From positions 486,479 through 550,478 of the forward strand of contig JACPEJ010000001.1 of NCBI GenBank assembly GCA_016183565.1: 64,000 bases of DNA, in the 5' to 3' direction. A program made the position numbers and the translations under genes. Positions 27,492 through 36,519 of this stretch are shown here, in pieces. Positions within the stretch are counted from its first letter, which is position 1. The number at the start of each line of letters is the position of its first letter. This stretch comes from Candidatus Blackburnbacteria bacterium. Its GTDB lineage: Bacteria > Patescibacteriota > Microgenomatia > UBA8517 > UBA10165. The notes under the pieces are model-generated. The model ran no database searches and was not told where the DNA came from. It saw only the letters and a program-made list of their open reading frames with translations.

Positions 27492-27608
27492 TTTGGACCT
27501 CCCTTTCCTGTTCCTGCTTGTATTTTTGTTTCCCTGTAAAAGTGCTCCGCTTGAGAGCGGAGAGAACGGTTTTACCTGCGTGGAACCGCTTTCTCCACGC
27601 TCAAAAGA

Positions 27609-28283
27609 TTAGGCGATCTTTTTAAGCGATTTTAAAGAAAATAATTTTGTGCCTACGAACCCTATTACTGACAACATAAGGATGGCGAGAACTGTGTTTT
27701 GGGAACCAGCCTTAGGTAGTGCTTTAATAGGTTTTCTTTCTACACAAACTTGTGCTTTATCTTCATCGTTTTTGTCACCTGTTACAGCTTTGGCAACGTT
27801 AAAATCGCAAGTCTCGAGCTTGTCTTGAGGTAACTTATCGGAGGTAACAACACGGGCCTTAAGTTCCTTTTCAACCACTTGGTCAACTTTTAGATCCTTT
27901 ATCTCGAAAGAGAACTCGCCAGAAACAGGTTCAAGGAGGTTTGGCAAAGTGTCGGTTACTTGGATTTTATCTAAGGTTTTGTCACCAATATTTTTTATTC
28001 TGAGTCTGAAGGTAATTTCATCGCCTGGGGAAAATTTGTGGATACTAGCTGGAATATTATCTTTCCACTCTTTTTCTTTGATCTTTTCAGTGGGATCGAG
28101 GACCTCTTTATTTATTTGAATTACACCTACTGCTGGACATTCGCCACCGTAAGGTGCAGCCACGCCGTATTGAGCGGGACATGGGGCGGCAGCAAAGGTT
28201 GAGGATGTGGCAGCAATAAGCAGTCCGGATACTAGGATTATTGCGGCTCCTATTTTGTTTGCATAAGTTAGAGTGTTTTCCAT
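27609..28283 (-). CDS. DUF11 (conserved repeat domain) surface protein with C-terminal LPKAG sortase sorting signal
   Basis: Signal peptide; ITFRLRIKNIGDKTLDKIQVTDTLPNLLEP (DUF11-like). The C-terminus LPKAG plus a hydrophobic stretch plus KKIA is an LPxTG-type cell-wall sorting signal. Confidence 0.6.
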   Translation of the reverse strand: MENTLTYANKIGAAIILVSGLLIAATSSTFAAAPCPAQYGVAAPYGGECPAVGVIQINKEVLDPTEKIKEKEWKDNIPASIHKFSPGDEITFRLRIKNIGDKTLDKIQVTDTLPNLLEPVSGEFSFEIKDLKVDQVVEKELKARVVTSDKLPQDKLETCDFNVAKAVTGDKNDEDKAQVCVERKPIKALPKAGSQNTVLAILMLSVIGFVGTKLFSLKSLKKIA

Positions 28284-28284
28284 T

Positions 28285-28320
28285 TTACAAAAAACCTGCT
28301 TCCCGAGGGCAGCAGGTTTT
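28285..28320 (-). terminator. Rho-independent terminator downstream of the sortase gene
   Basis: 8-bp stem aacctgct/agcaggtt with a 10-nt loop, followed by a U-run on the minus strand (A-run on plus). Confidence 0.5.
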
Positions 28321-28381
28321 CTAACAATATGGGTTATTCTAACATAGGTGTGTTTATTTTGTCAAGCTTTGTTTTGCACCT

Positions 28382-29269
28382 TTACACACCACCATAGATG
28401 ATTTCTTCTTGACCTGTTTCGCTTCGATTCAGGTTATTTAGATCTGAGGGACTTTCCTCTTTATCTGGGTAGGCGATTACAACCAGTCTTTTCCAGGTAG
28501 TTCCGGGAGGCCAGCAGGTTTGCAAAATTAAGCGTTCTGCCCCATTTTGAGCCTTGTTTAGCCAGGAAACATCATCGGCGTCGACAATATGTTTTTCAGC
28601 AACTCTGTATTTGTACAGTTTTCCATCGTAGAAGACATAGATTTCGTCTTGGTTTTTGGGATCGAGTTCTCTTAAAAGGTAAAATACTGCGTTGTATTGG
28701 GAAACGTTCCAAGGCCCGTTGGTGGAGTGGGCAAAAAGGTAGGTGCCCCCATTTGTTCCTGGTAAAGAGGAGCCTTGGGCATGGGCGATGCCGTTTTTTA
28801 GTGCAGTTGTGTAATCTTTTTCGTTTCCTGCGTCAACATTTTTTATAACCGGAGATCGTGCGTCGATTTTAGGGATGTAGACAGAAAAGTCGAGATTTGT
28901 TATGCCAACTTGTTCTGCGAAAGTTTGAGCGTATTGGCGGTCAGCTTTATCTTGGTTTTGTATTGCCAAAAGTTCTGCGGTTTCTTTTTGCTTAGCGTAG
29001 GTTTGGAGCAAACTGTTTACGCGATAGTTGGTTTCGGAAGAAATAAGCGGGTAGCTGGCAAAACCCAGACCGGAAATACTTGTGATTATAAGCCCAAGAC
29101 CGATTCCTCGGATAAGTCCTAAGGCTGCTTCTGAATCTTGCAGGTGTTCCCATGTTTGGGTGAGCCTGTTATATACTAGCGCAAGACGGGACCCACGCTC
29201 GTAGATTATAATTATTTCCCCGGAATTTAAGCCCCATTTTGCATCGTAAATTACGCCTTGTGCGATCAT
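28382..29269 (-). CDS. Sortase (transpeptidase)
   Basis: N-terminal TM; catalytic triad context TYLFAHST (His), LILQTCWPPG (TLxTC Cys), WKRLVV (Arg). Confidence 0.7.
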   Translation of the reverse strand: MIAQGVIYDAKWGLNSGEIIIIYERGSRLALVYNRLTQTWEHLQDSEAALGLIRGIGLGLIITSISGLGFASYPLISSETNYRVNSLLQTYAKQKETAELLAIQNQDKADRQYAQTFAEQVGITNLDFSVYIPKIDARSPVIKNVDAGNEKDYTTALKNGIAHAQGSSLPGTNGGTYLFAHSTNGPWNVSQYNAVFYLLRELDPKNQDEIYVFYDGKLYKYRVAEKHIVDADDVSWLNKAQNGAERLILQTCWPPGTTWKRLVVIAYPDKEESPSDLNNLNRSETGQEEIIYGGV

Positions 29270-29380
29270 TTTAGTGAGGGTTTAGTAGCCCGTAGTATTT
29301 TATCATGTGGTATTAAAAATCGCTAGTTTAGTAGTTGGTGGCTATTAAGTGGTATGATATTATTGTTTTGTAAAGATTTC

Positions 29381-29455
29381 GCGGGTGTAGTTGAGTGGTA
29401 CAATGCTTCCTTCCCAAGGAAGAGTTCGTGGGTTCGATTCCCATCACCCGCTCCA
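29381..29455 (+). tRNA. tRNA-Gly (anticodon CCC)
   Basis: GCGGGTGTAGTTGAGTGGTACAATGCTTCCTTCCCAAGGAAGAGTTCGTGGGTTCGATTCCCATCACCCGCTCCA. Anticodon loop TTCCCAA; CCA encoded. Confidence 0.8.
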
Positions 29456-29463
29456 AACAAAAA

Positions 29464-29558
29464 GATCGAACTTTGCAAATTTTAGCTTCAGGAAATTGTT
29501 AAAGTTTACTGAAATCTAGGCTCATAACGTTATACCCAGAAGGGAATCGAACTTTTTA
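29464..29558. repeat. Left copy of a roughly 95-bp degenerate direct repeat (att-like) immediately 3' of tRNA-Gly
   Basis: gatcgaactttgcaaattttagcttcaggaaattgttaaag...gggaatcgaact is about 75% identical to 32343-32437. Confidence 0.5.
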
Positions 29559-29626
29559 GTTCAATCTGATAAAAATAGTTGAGCTTGGGAAAAACTACGC
29601 TTAAAGCTATAAAAGAGGCACTAAGT

Positions 29627-30616
29627 TTATTTTTTAGATAAGTCGCATTTGTAGTAACACAAGCCAGTTTTACCAATTATATTTTGTTTTGGAACAAAAC
29701 CCCATTCACGAGAGTCTGAACTGTATGGTCTATTATCTCCTAATACAAAATAACTATCAGCAGGTACAGTTATTTGTTGGCCTTCTTGCAAGAAAGCACC
29801 ACCATAAGTCTGTACATCAGATTTGAGATAAGAACTTTCATCAAGGGGCTGGTTATTTACAAGAACTTTCCCATTTTGTAATGCTACAGTGTCATTTGAA
29901 AGTCCGATGATTCTCTTGATGAAGTCTTTGTCAGGCTCTTTCGGGTACTTAAACACTACAACATCACCACGAGTAGGCTCACTTGATCTGTATACCATTT
30001 TGTTGACAAGGTAGTATTGACCATTCACATAATTTGGCGACATAGCTTGTCCTGCAATTTGGAAAGGTTGTGCAATGAATAAATAAACGATTAAGAAAAC
30101 TGTTGCAGCAGGGATAGGTAAACCGAACACTACAAACAGTAAGCCAAAGGTGACTTTCTGGCCTTTTGTCACCTTTTCTTCTTCAGTTATAGGAATTAAA
30201 ACACCTGTGCTATCTGTTTTGACAACAAAGGTTTTAGCGAGCTTATCGTGCCATGCTTGCCTCTTGCCATTGATGATTACCCATAAATACCCCAAGTTGA
30301 AGATTAAACCAGAGAGTAGTTTTCCGATACTTTCCCGAAGAAGTGCAGAACCAAAGCTAACTGGTTGGTAAGAACCATTAACAACTTTCAACTTTAATAA
30401 CTTTTTCCCTGGAGTGTGTCCTGATTTCCAAATGAATAGTGTTCCATATAAGATTGAAACTATCCAAAATAGCAAATTAAGAAGTACTTTTGCCAATGAA
30501 GCAAGTATGAAGGACAGTACAAGAGTAACTACAAAGAGGATAATTTCGTCAATGATTAAAGCGAGTAGCCGTTCCCAGAACGTTCCTTTCTTATAAATTC
30601 TGTTTTCTATTTCCAT
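29627..30616 (-). CDS. RDD-domain membrane module fused to signal peptidase I
   Basis: N-terminus WERLLALIIDEIILFVV plus TM helices (RDD-like). C-terminus GQAMSPNYVNGQYY...GDVVVFKYP...KRIIGLSNDTV...YFVLGDNRPYSSDSREWG is SPase I. Confidence 0.65.
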   Translation of the reverse strand: MEIENRIYKKGTFWERLLALIIDEIILFVVTLVLSFILASLAKVLLNLLFWIVSILYGTLFIWKSGHTPGKKLLKLKVVNGSYQPVSFGSALLRESIGKLLSGLIFNLGYLWVIINGKRQAWHDKLAKTFVVKTDSTGVLIPITEEEKVTKGQKVTFGLLFVVFGLPIPAATVFLIVYLFIAQPFQIAGQAMSPNYVNGQYYLVNKMVYRSSEPTRGDVVVFKYPKEPDKDFIKRIIGLSNDTVALQNGKVLVNNQPLDESSYLKSDVQTYGGAFLQEGQQITVPADSYFVLGDNRPYSSDSREWGFVPKQNIIGKTGLCYYKCDLSKK

Positions 30617-30717
30617 AATAAGATTAGTATTTCAAAGAAAATTGACAAAAGCAATGATCTTAAAATAATAATTCATCTTTACCGCAAGGATCGCTTTATT
30701 GCACAGCAAGAACTTGT

Positions 30718-31554
30718 TCATTTTAAAAGTCTCTTACTTTGTTTTTTAGGTAAATAATTCCGTGAGGTTATTACTTTCCTGCCGGTTTCTTTTTCCAAAT
30801 TAGATCTGGCATCTCCGGCAATTTTGCCTCCACGCTTTGAGACTTGTTTATTTTTCTCAAACCCTTTGGGATGTTCTGTTTTGGTAATTTCTGTGGTTGC
30901 TGCTTCACCCAATTGGGAAAACAAAAGTTCCAAATCACTCATATGATCACGCAGGTTTTGACGTTTGAGTCCTTTTATTTTCTTATGTTCCGATGGAGTA
31001 ACACCAAAAGTGGCTTTAGATATCTCGGCAGTCAGTATTTTATACTCTTTTGCCAGTTCTACACCATGTTTTTGCCATTCATCCGTCAATTCTTCCCTAA
31101 TGGCAATAGAACGCATTCTTCTTTCGATCCAATCCTCTGGATAGCCTTTGGCTTTATAAAGCGCTCGGGCCCGTTTTTGGGCTAACTCCGGATCTTCTAT
31201 CTCTTGCACCCTTTCATAACCAACCTTGGCTAACCATCTTTTAAAAGGTTCTGCTTTAGGGGAAGGAACCGATTGAATAATTCGGAAAATTCCCTCAGTA
31301 TTTGCACATCTTACTTTTTGTTTTCCTCCTGAAGTTTCTATCAAAAGGGGGTGTTCAATTTGAACCCACCCTTTAGCCAGTTCTTCGTCTCGGTTAAGCA
31401 TATTCTTTAAATATTGTTTGGGGTTTTGCGAATCAGTTAAAGTAGCGATTACGTCAGTAATAACAAACCACCACTCATTTTTATGGATAGTCTTTCTTAT
31501 TTTTCTGTTTCGGAAAACAGCTATTTTAGTTATTTGGGTTATTTCTTGATTCAT
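30718..31554 (-). CDS. Bro-N domain protein (phage antirepressor / DinD-like)
   Basis: FRNRKIRKTIHKNEWWFVITDVIATL resembles the Bro-N N-terminal domain. Basic C-terminus. Confidence 0.5.
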   Translation of the reverse strand: MNQEITQITKIAVFRNRKIRKTIHKNEWWFVITDVIATLTDSQNPKQYLKNMLNRDEELAKGWVQIEHPLLIETSGGKQKVRCANTEGIFRIIQSVPSPKAEPFKRWLAKVGYERVQEIEDPELAQKRARALYKAKGYPEDWIERRMRSIAIREELTDEWQKHGVELAKEYKILTAEISKATFGVTPSEHKKIKGLKRQNLRDHMSDLELLFSQLGEAATTEITKTEHPKGFEKNKQVSKRGGKIAGDARSNLEKETGRKVITSRNYLPKKQSKRLLK

Positions 31555-31700
31555 CTTTATTAAAAATTGTTGCTATACTTTATTATACATAGGAAACCCG
31601 TAATTACTAGTAGCTTTATAAGAGAAAACCAGTTTATTCTTTGGTCGGAGAACTTTTTAGGACTAAATTAGGCTCCAATTCGTACAAAAAATCTGGTAAA

Positions 31701-31716
31701 ATAAGCATAGCTTGAT
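31701..31716. promoter_or_regulatory. Palindromic operator-like motif ATAAGC-ATA-GCTTGAT
   Basis: One of three copies of ATCAAGC-N3-GCTTGAT, located in the divergent intergenic region. Confidence 0.35.
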
Positions 31717-31866
31717 ACTCGCTGGTGCTCGTATTAGGCGAGGAGCTAAATTCTTGGATAAATCCTGTCAGTCTGTGTAACAGTACGTCAGGATCTCCAA
31801 AAGTGACAGAAATAAACAGAAAATTACATTAACTGATACAAACTAGATCAAAAAACAAGTCAAGTT

Positions 31867-32202
31867 ATGTTAGAACAAGAAACAGAAAGAATCTCACCAA
31901 TTGAATATTTGAGAATCCTACGTGACGATTATTCTAATGAAATTCCAGAACAGGTACTACACGGACCAGTCACCAACTCAGATAGAAAGAAATTTAAGGT
32001 TAGAAGGAATTGGTGGAATGGTGTTGTTGGAGGTTTAGGAAGATTGCGGTTAAAAGGTTTAGTGCCCACAGGATTAGAACAAGAAGTACAAGATTTTGTT
32101 GACCATTATTCGTCTGAAGAATTCCACAGTCAACCACTCACTACAGCAGAGGATATCGCAAGAGCAAACGAGATAATTACAAAAATTGTTGGAGATAGGT
32201 AG
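31867..32202 (+). CDS. Hypothetical protein (111 aa)
   Basis: ORF only. No motif. Confidence 0.3.
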   Translation: MLEQETERISPIEYLRILRDDYSNEIPEQVLHGPVTNSDRKKFKVRRNWWNGVVGGLGRLRLKGLVPTGLEQEVQDFVDHYSSEEFHSQPLTTAEDIARANEIITKIVGDR

Positions 32203-32342
32203 TATCATTCAAAGTTGTAGGAAATTTTGAATACCCACTCGTTCTTTAAGAGCTTGCAACTGTAAAACTAGATCTGTTGTGATATAGTCGCCCAGGCCAA
32301 AGTGGTTCGAGCCAATTACGGTATCCAGCTCCATAGGATTTT

Positions 32343-32437
32343 AATCGAACTCGTGGATTTTAGCTTCAGAAAGTCGTTAAATTTCGCTAAAATCTAATTC
32401 TATAACTTAATACCCTAACGGGAATCGAACTGTTTTT
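32343..32437. repeat. Right copy of the roughly 95-bp direct repeat, preceded by a tRNA-3'-end-like fragment
   Basis: aatcgaactcgtggattttagcttcagaaagtcgttaaat...gggaatcgaact. Upstream ...gtggttcgagcc...gctcca resembles a tRNA T-arm / 3' end. Confidence 0.5.
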
Positions 32438-32461
32438 GGGGCGTAAAATTATACCTAATCA

Positions 32462-33538
32462 TCAGTTAGAACATTCAGGATTTCTGGCAATATCCTCTGG
32501 GTCGTCACACATCCTTGCTTTTTGCATCCCTTCTAAGTCATTTATCCCAACTCCAATGTAAACATCCTGCTCTTCAAGCGGTAAGTCTTCAACGCGCCCA
32601 CTGTCAAAGTAAGGAGGACGGTCGCTAAAGTTAGGACCACCTTGTTTAAATTTACAAGGATGAGTAAGACGATATTCTTTTGAAAGGGTCATATCCTCAC
32701 GGCTTTTGAGCCCTGGTATGGCAGCCTGATACCGGGCAAAAACTTCATCTGTCATATAATTAAATACTGAATTCAATTTCTTATATGGCTCACCATTACC
32801 ATTTTTAAACATCGGAGGTATAGCGATAACACCCATTCTCACCTGTGTACCTTTAATTCTTTGGCCATAACGGTCAAGAGCATTCACATAACCAACCAAA
32901 GTTCCTGCTTTAACAAAATGGATTGGTGGATCCTGAAACTGCGGCAAGACATGAGTATGATTCATAGCAAACCTCCACTGATTAAACGGCCACCAAGGAA
33001 TTCCAGATTTAGGGACCATTGTTACCCCTTCGTCAACTAAAGTATTCGGCGCACTACCTAAAATATAACCGTCAAATGGTGCATAGATTCCTATTTTATC
33101 AGGATCGACACTTGCAAGAATGGGGATATAATGCTGCATATTACTAACAGGCTCATCAGAATATTGGTCCACAGTTTGGTGCCCACTGCAACTTCGATAT
33201 TTAGTAAATCTGTGAACTTGATTAAGATCAATAAAATTCTTAGTAATCAAAAAATCTTTCGGCGGTTTATCAGGAGCAAACTGGCTGATTAAACTAAGTA
33301 ATACCAAAATAGTAATCGGAGTAAAAACAATCCACCGGAGGACACGCTTTAACAGAATTTGCTTAACCAACAGTTGAGATAAGAAAGACGAGACAAAGTA
33401 TAGAGGAATCAGAGTTAGCAGCCACACGGGCTGGACAGTTTCAGGATGGGTAAAAAGTAAAAATAAAAAAGAGGTAAGAAGAAATAAAAAAATTGTAATA
33501 CCTATGTTATCCAAATTGGGTTTAAGCAGTTTACCCAT
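32462..33538 (-). CDS. Hypothetical membrane protein (358 aa)
   Basis: N-terminal TM helices, then a Cys-containing soluble domain. No motif. Confidence 0.4.
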   Translation of the reverse strand: MGKLLKPNLDNIGITIFLFLLTSFLFLLFTHPETVQPVWLLTLIPLYFVSSFLSQLLVKQILLKRVLRWIVFTPITILVLLSLISQFAPDKPPKDFLITKNFIDLNQVHRFTKYRSCSGHQTVDQYSDEPVSNMQHYIPILASVDPDKIGIYAPFDGYILGSAPNTLVDEGVTMVPKSGIPWWPFNQWRFAMNHTHVLPQFQDPPIHFVKAGTLVGYVNALDRYGQRIKGTQVRMGVIAIPPMFKNGNGEPYKKLNSVFNYMTDEVFARYQAAIPGLKSREDMTLSKEYRLTHPCKFKQGGPNFSDRPPYFDSGRVEDLPLEEQDVYIGVGINDLEGMQKARMCDDPEDIARNPECSN

Positions 33539-33676
33539 ACCTTTAGTAAATCATAGTTAAGAGCTAGTATCAATAACTTTTTGAATATCTACAATTTTTA
33601 GAAAAAACTGGATCTGGAATTAGAAATTATATCGAATTTCTAATATGCATACTTATACAGTTTTTAGTTCTAAAAC

Positions 33677-33692
33677 ATAAGCAGAGCTTGAT
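33677..33692. promoter_or_regulatory. Palindromic operator-like motif ATAAGC-AGA-GCTTGAT
   Basis: Second copy, about 130 bp upstream of the 33538 start. Confidence 0.35.
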
Positions 33693-33801
33693 TTCTCGCA
33701 AGCTCGAAATTAGACTAAATCGGGTAATAGACCGTCAGACAGGAACAATCTTATGAACTCTGGCAGTCTGGCTAAGATCACGTCAGGAGCTCATCAGAAA
33801 G

Positions 33802-34425
33802 TTATTTTGATGCAGGGGCTTGGCTGATTTCGCCTCGAGGGAGTTTGAGGACTTGGCCTATTTCAATTAGATCTGGATTTTTTACTTCGTTTGTTTGCGC
33901 GATTTTTACCCATTGATAACCATCTCCGTATGCTCTGACTGCGATTCCCCAAAGATGGTCGCCTTTTTCAACAGTGTATATGTCTCCTTGTATTGCTGGA
34001 CCAAAAGTGTTTGTTGCGTCTGTTTTAATAGTTGCTAAGGTGATTTTCTTTGCTTGAACTTCTGGGATTTTAAGTTCTTGGCCTATTTCGATTTGACCGG
34101 GGTGTTTCAGTTCATTTGCATTTGCAATATCAACCCAGTTGTATCCTGAGCCGTAATATTTTTCTGCGATGCCCCAGAGGTGCTCGCCTTTCTCTACCTT
34201 GTGAGTGTTGGGTAAGTTGGTTGGGACTTTCCCTTCTTCTGTTGATGTTGAAGTCTGATTGGTTGTTTGGGGGGCTTGGTTTGAGATGGAAGGTTGTGTT
34301 TGGGCCCTGTTTCGGAAGTAGTTCGCTCCTAGAAAGACAACTGCCAATACTAGGGCTGCGCCGAAGACCATGCTTAGGGCCGATTCGTTGAGCTTTAGAA
34401 ATTTAAGGGTATTTTTAAGATCCAT
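33802..34425 (-). CDS. LysM-domain peptidoglycan-binding protein (two LysM repeats)
   Basis: Two copies of HKVEKGEHLWGIAEKYYGSGYNWVDIANANEL... / YTVEKGDHLWGIAVRAYGDGYQWVKIAQTNEV..., each followed by IEIGQxLKIP. Confidence 0.7.
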   Translation of the reverse strand: MDLKNTLKFLKLNESALSMVFGAALVLAVVFLGANYFRNRAQTQPSISNQAPQTTNQTSTSTEEGKVPTNLPNTHKVEKGEHLWGIAEKYYGSGYNWVDIANANELKHPGQIEIGQELKIPEVQAKKITLATIKTDATNTFGPAIQGDIYTVEKGDHLWGIAVRAYGDGYQWVKIAQTNEVKNPDLIEIGQVLKLPRGEISQAPASK

Positions 34426-34520
34426 CTGCTGCCTTTTGTGTGAAAGTATGTCAAATTAGAGCAGTTAATTTCTGGGCTCATATAACCAGATAGAAAGAAG
34501 AATGTCAAGAGGGATTTTTG

Positions 34521-34594
34521 CGGGACCGACGGGGCTCGAACCCGCAACCTCTGCCGTGACAGGGCAGCACTCTAACCAATTGAGCTACGGTCCC
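34521..34594 (-). tRNA. tRNA-Asp (anticodon GTC)
   Basis: Reverse-complement GGGACCGTAGCTCAATTGGTTAGAGTGCTGCCCTGTCACGGCAGAGGTTGCGGGTTCGAGCCCCGTCGGTCCCG. Anticodon loop CTGTCAC. Confidence 0.8.
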
Positions 34595-34677
34595 AACATG
34601 TTCGCATTTTTAGTATATCATTTTTCCTAAAGAAAAGCACGGCTGTTTTGAATGTTGTATCATTTACTTAGGTCTTT

Positions 34678-36519
34678 ATGAGAATGCATAAGGAGATGAC
34701 TAATGCTGAAGTTGCGCGGCTTTTGCGGGGAGTTGCTGCGGCATATGAAATTAAGGGGAAAGATTCGCCAAATACTAGGTTTAGGGTGATTGCGTACGAG
34801 CGTGCTGCTGATAGTATAGAACGCTCAACGGTTGAGGTGAAGGATCTTTGGGAGGATGGAAAACTGGGTCAGGTTCCTGGGATTGGTACGAGCATGGCTG
34901 AATACCTGGATGAGCTTTTTAAAACGGGCAAGGTAAGGCATTTTGAAAAGTTGCTTGATTCCTTGCCCGAGGCTATGTTTGAGCTTTTGGATATTCCGGG
35001 GATTGGGGCAAAAAGAGCTTACAAGCTTGTCAAGGAGCTTGGCATTACAAAAGCTCATGGTGCTTCTGAGAAACTTCTTAGGCTTGCGGAGAAAGGCCGA
35101 ATTCGTACCATTGAAGGGTTTGGGGAGCAGTCTGAGAAGGAGATAATAGATGCTATTCAAGGTGTTTATCGTAAGACGAAAAGATTTTTGCTTCCCTTTG
35201 CAACAGAAGTTGCTGAGAATATTCTTGAATATCTTCGAAAGAACCCTCGTGTTAAACGGGCTGATCCTTTAGGTTCTTTGCGCCGTTGTGTTTCAAGTGT
35301 TGGGGATGTTGATATTTCTGTTGCTTCTGATGATCCAGAGGAAGTAATCAAATATTTTACTGCCTACAAGAATAAGAGTGAGGTTATTGAGTCTGGTGAG
35401 CACACAGCTTCCATTCTTCTGCCTAACGGAATGCAGATTGACCTTATGGTACAGCCTCCGGATACTTATGGGGCTTTGCTTCAGCATTTTACAGGTTCGA
35501 AAGAGCATAATGTTGCTCTGCGCGAGTATGCCCTTAAAAAGGGGATGAGCTTATCGGAATATGGGATTAGATTTCTCCAGAAATCTAAAGTCCAAAAGTC
35601 AAAATTCAAAAGTCAAAATTACAATGCAAAATTAAAAATTTATCAATTTGCCGATGAGAAGAGCTTCTATAACTCTCTGGGGATGGAGTGGATACCTCCA
35701 GAGCTGCGAGAGAACCAGGGGGAGATTGAAGCGTCTATTGAGGGTGAATTACCAAGCCTTGTTGAGGTTGAAGATATAAAAGGTGATTTGCATCTGCATT
35801 CTAATTTTCTTAAGGATACAAGCCACGACGAGGGGGCTAACTCTATAGAGAGCATGGTTGAAGAAGCAGATCGTTTGGGGTATGAATATCTTCTTTTCAC
35901 AGAACATAACCCTAAGATAGATGAGCAAGAGGAAAAAATAATGGACGTTTTAAGGAGGAAAAAAGAGTATATTGATAAAACTAATTACTCGCGTGAAAAT
36001 CGTAGTGGAAAAAGGGTAAGAAAGGTATTCAATGGATTGGAGATTGATATTCGGCCCGATGGGGAGGTTGCACTTCCCGATAGGGCGTGGGATTTTTTGG
36101 ATTTTGCGGTTGTTTCTGTTCACTCAAGTTTCAGAGGTTCTCGGGACAAACAGACTAAGAGAATTCTTAGAGGGCTTGAGCATCCGAAAGCGAAGATTCT
36201 TGGTCATCCGACAGGAAGACGAATTGGGGAGCGAGAGGGGATTGAGGTTGACTGGGGGGAAGTTTTTGAGTTTTGCAAGACTAATGATAAGTGGCTTGAG
36301 ATTAATAGTTGGTGGGATAGATTAGATCTTCCAGATATACTTGTTTGCCAGGCTATAAAGGTTGGTGTAAAATTGGTTATAAGTACAGATAGCCATGCAA
36401 CTGATCAGATGGTTTTGATGAGATATGGGGTTTCTGTTGCCCGTCGGGGTTGGGCTGAGAAAGGAGATATTGTTAATACTTTAGGGTACAATGATTTTAC
36501 AAAGGAGGTGAGAATATGA
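34678..36519 (+). CDS. polX: DNA polymerase X family protein with C-terminal PHP domain
   Basis: N-terminal Pol-beta-like helix-hairpin-helix (NAEVARLLRGVAAAYEIKG). C-terminal PHP (HLHSNFL...TEHNP...HPTGR). Contains a low-complexity insert KSKVQKSKFKSQNYNAKLKI. Confidence 0.8.
   Translation: MRMHKEMTNAEVARLLRGVAAAYEIKGKDSPNTRFRVIAYERAADSIERSTVEVKDLWEDGKLGQVPGIGTSMAEYLDELFKTGKVRHFEKLLDSLPEAMFELLDIPGIGAKRAYKLVKELGITKAHGASEKLLRLAEKGRIRTIEGFGEQSEKEIIDAIQGVYRKTKRFLLPFATEVAENILEYLRKNPRVKRADPLGSLRRCVSSVGDVDISVASDDPEEVIKYFTAYKNKSEVIESGEHTASILLPNGMQIDLMVQPPDTYGALLQHFTGSKEHNVALREYALKKGMSLSEYGIRFLQKSKVQKSKFKSQNYNAKLKIYQFADEKSFYNSLGMEWIPPELRENQGEIEASIEGELPSLVEVEDIKGDLHLHSNFLKDTSHDEGANSIESMVEEADRLGYEYLLFTEHNPKIDEQEEKIMDVLRRKKEYIDKTNYSRENRSGKRVRKVFNGLEIDIRPDGEVALPDRAWDFLDFAVVSVHSSFRGSRDKQTKRILRGLEHPKAKILGHPTGRRIGEREGIEVDWGEVFEFCKTNDKWLEINSWWDRLDLPDILVCQAIKVGVKLVISTDSHATDQMVLMRYGVSVARRGWAEKGDIVNTLGYNDFTKEVRI

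Larger units (their letters stand above)
25380..27600. other. High-GC (over 60%) compositional island containing three minus-strand genes
   Basis: Abrupt shift from AT-rich flanks. Codon third positions are GC-rich. GGGAGG SD before 27491. Confidence 0.7.

Noticed and set aside
35581-35640. Lysine-codon-rich repeats (polX, gatB, ileS) as possible CRISPR-like arrays
   Set aside because: Units are 6-9 bp, in-frame and inside ORFs, with no spacer structure. This is not a CRISPR array.
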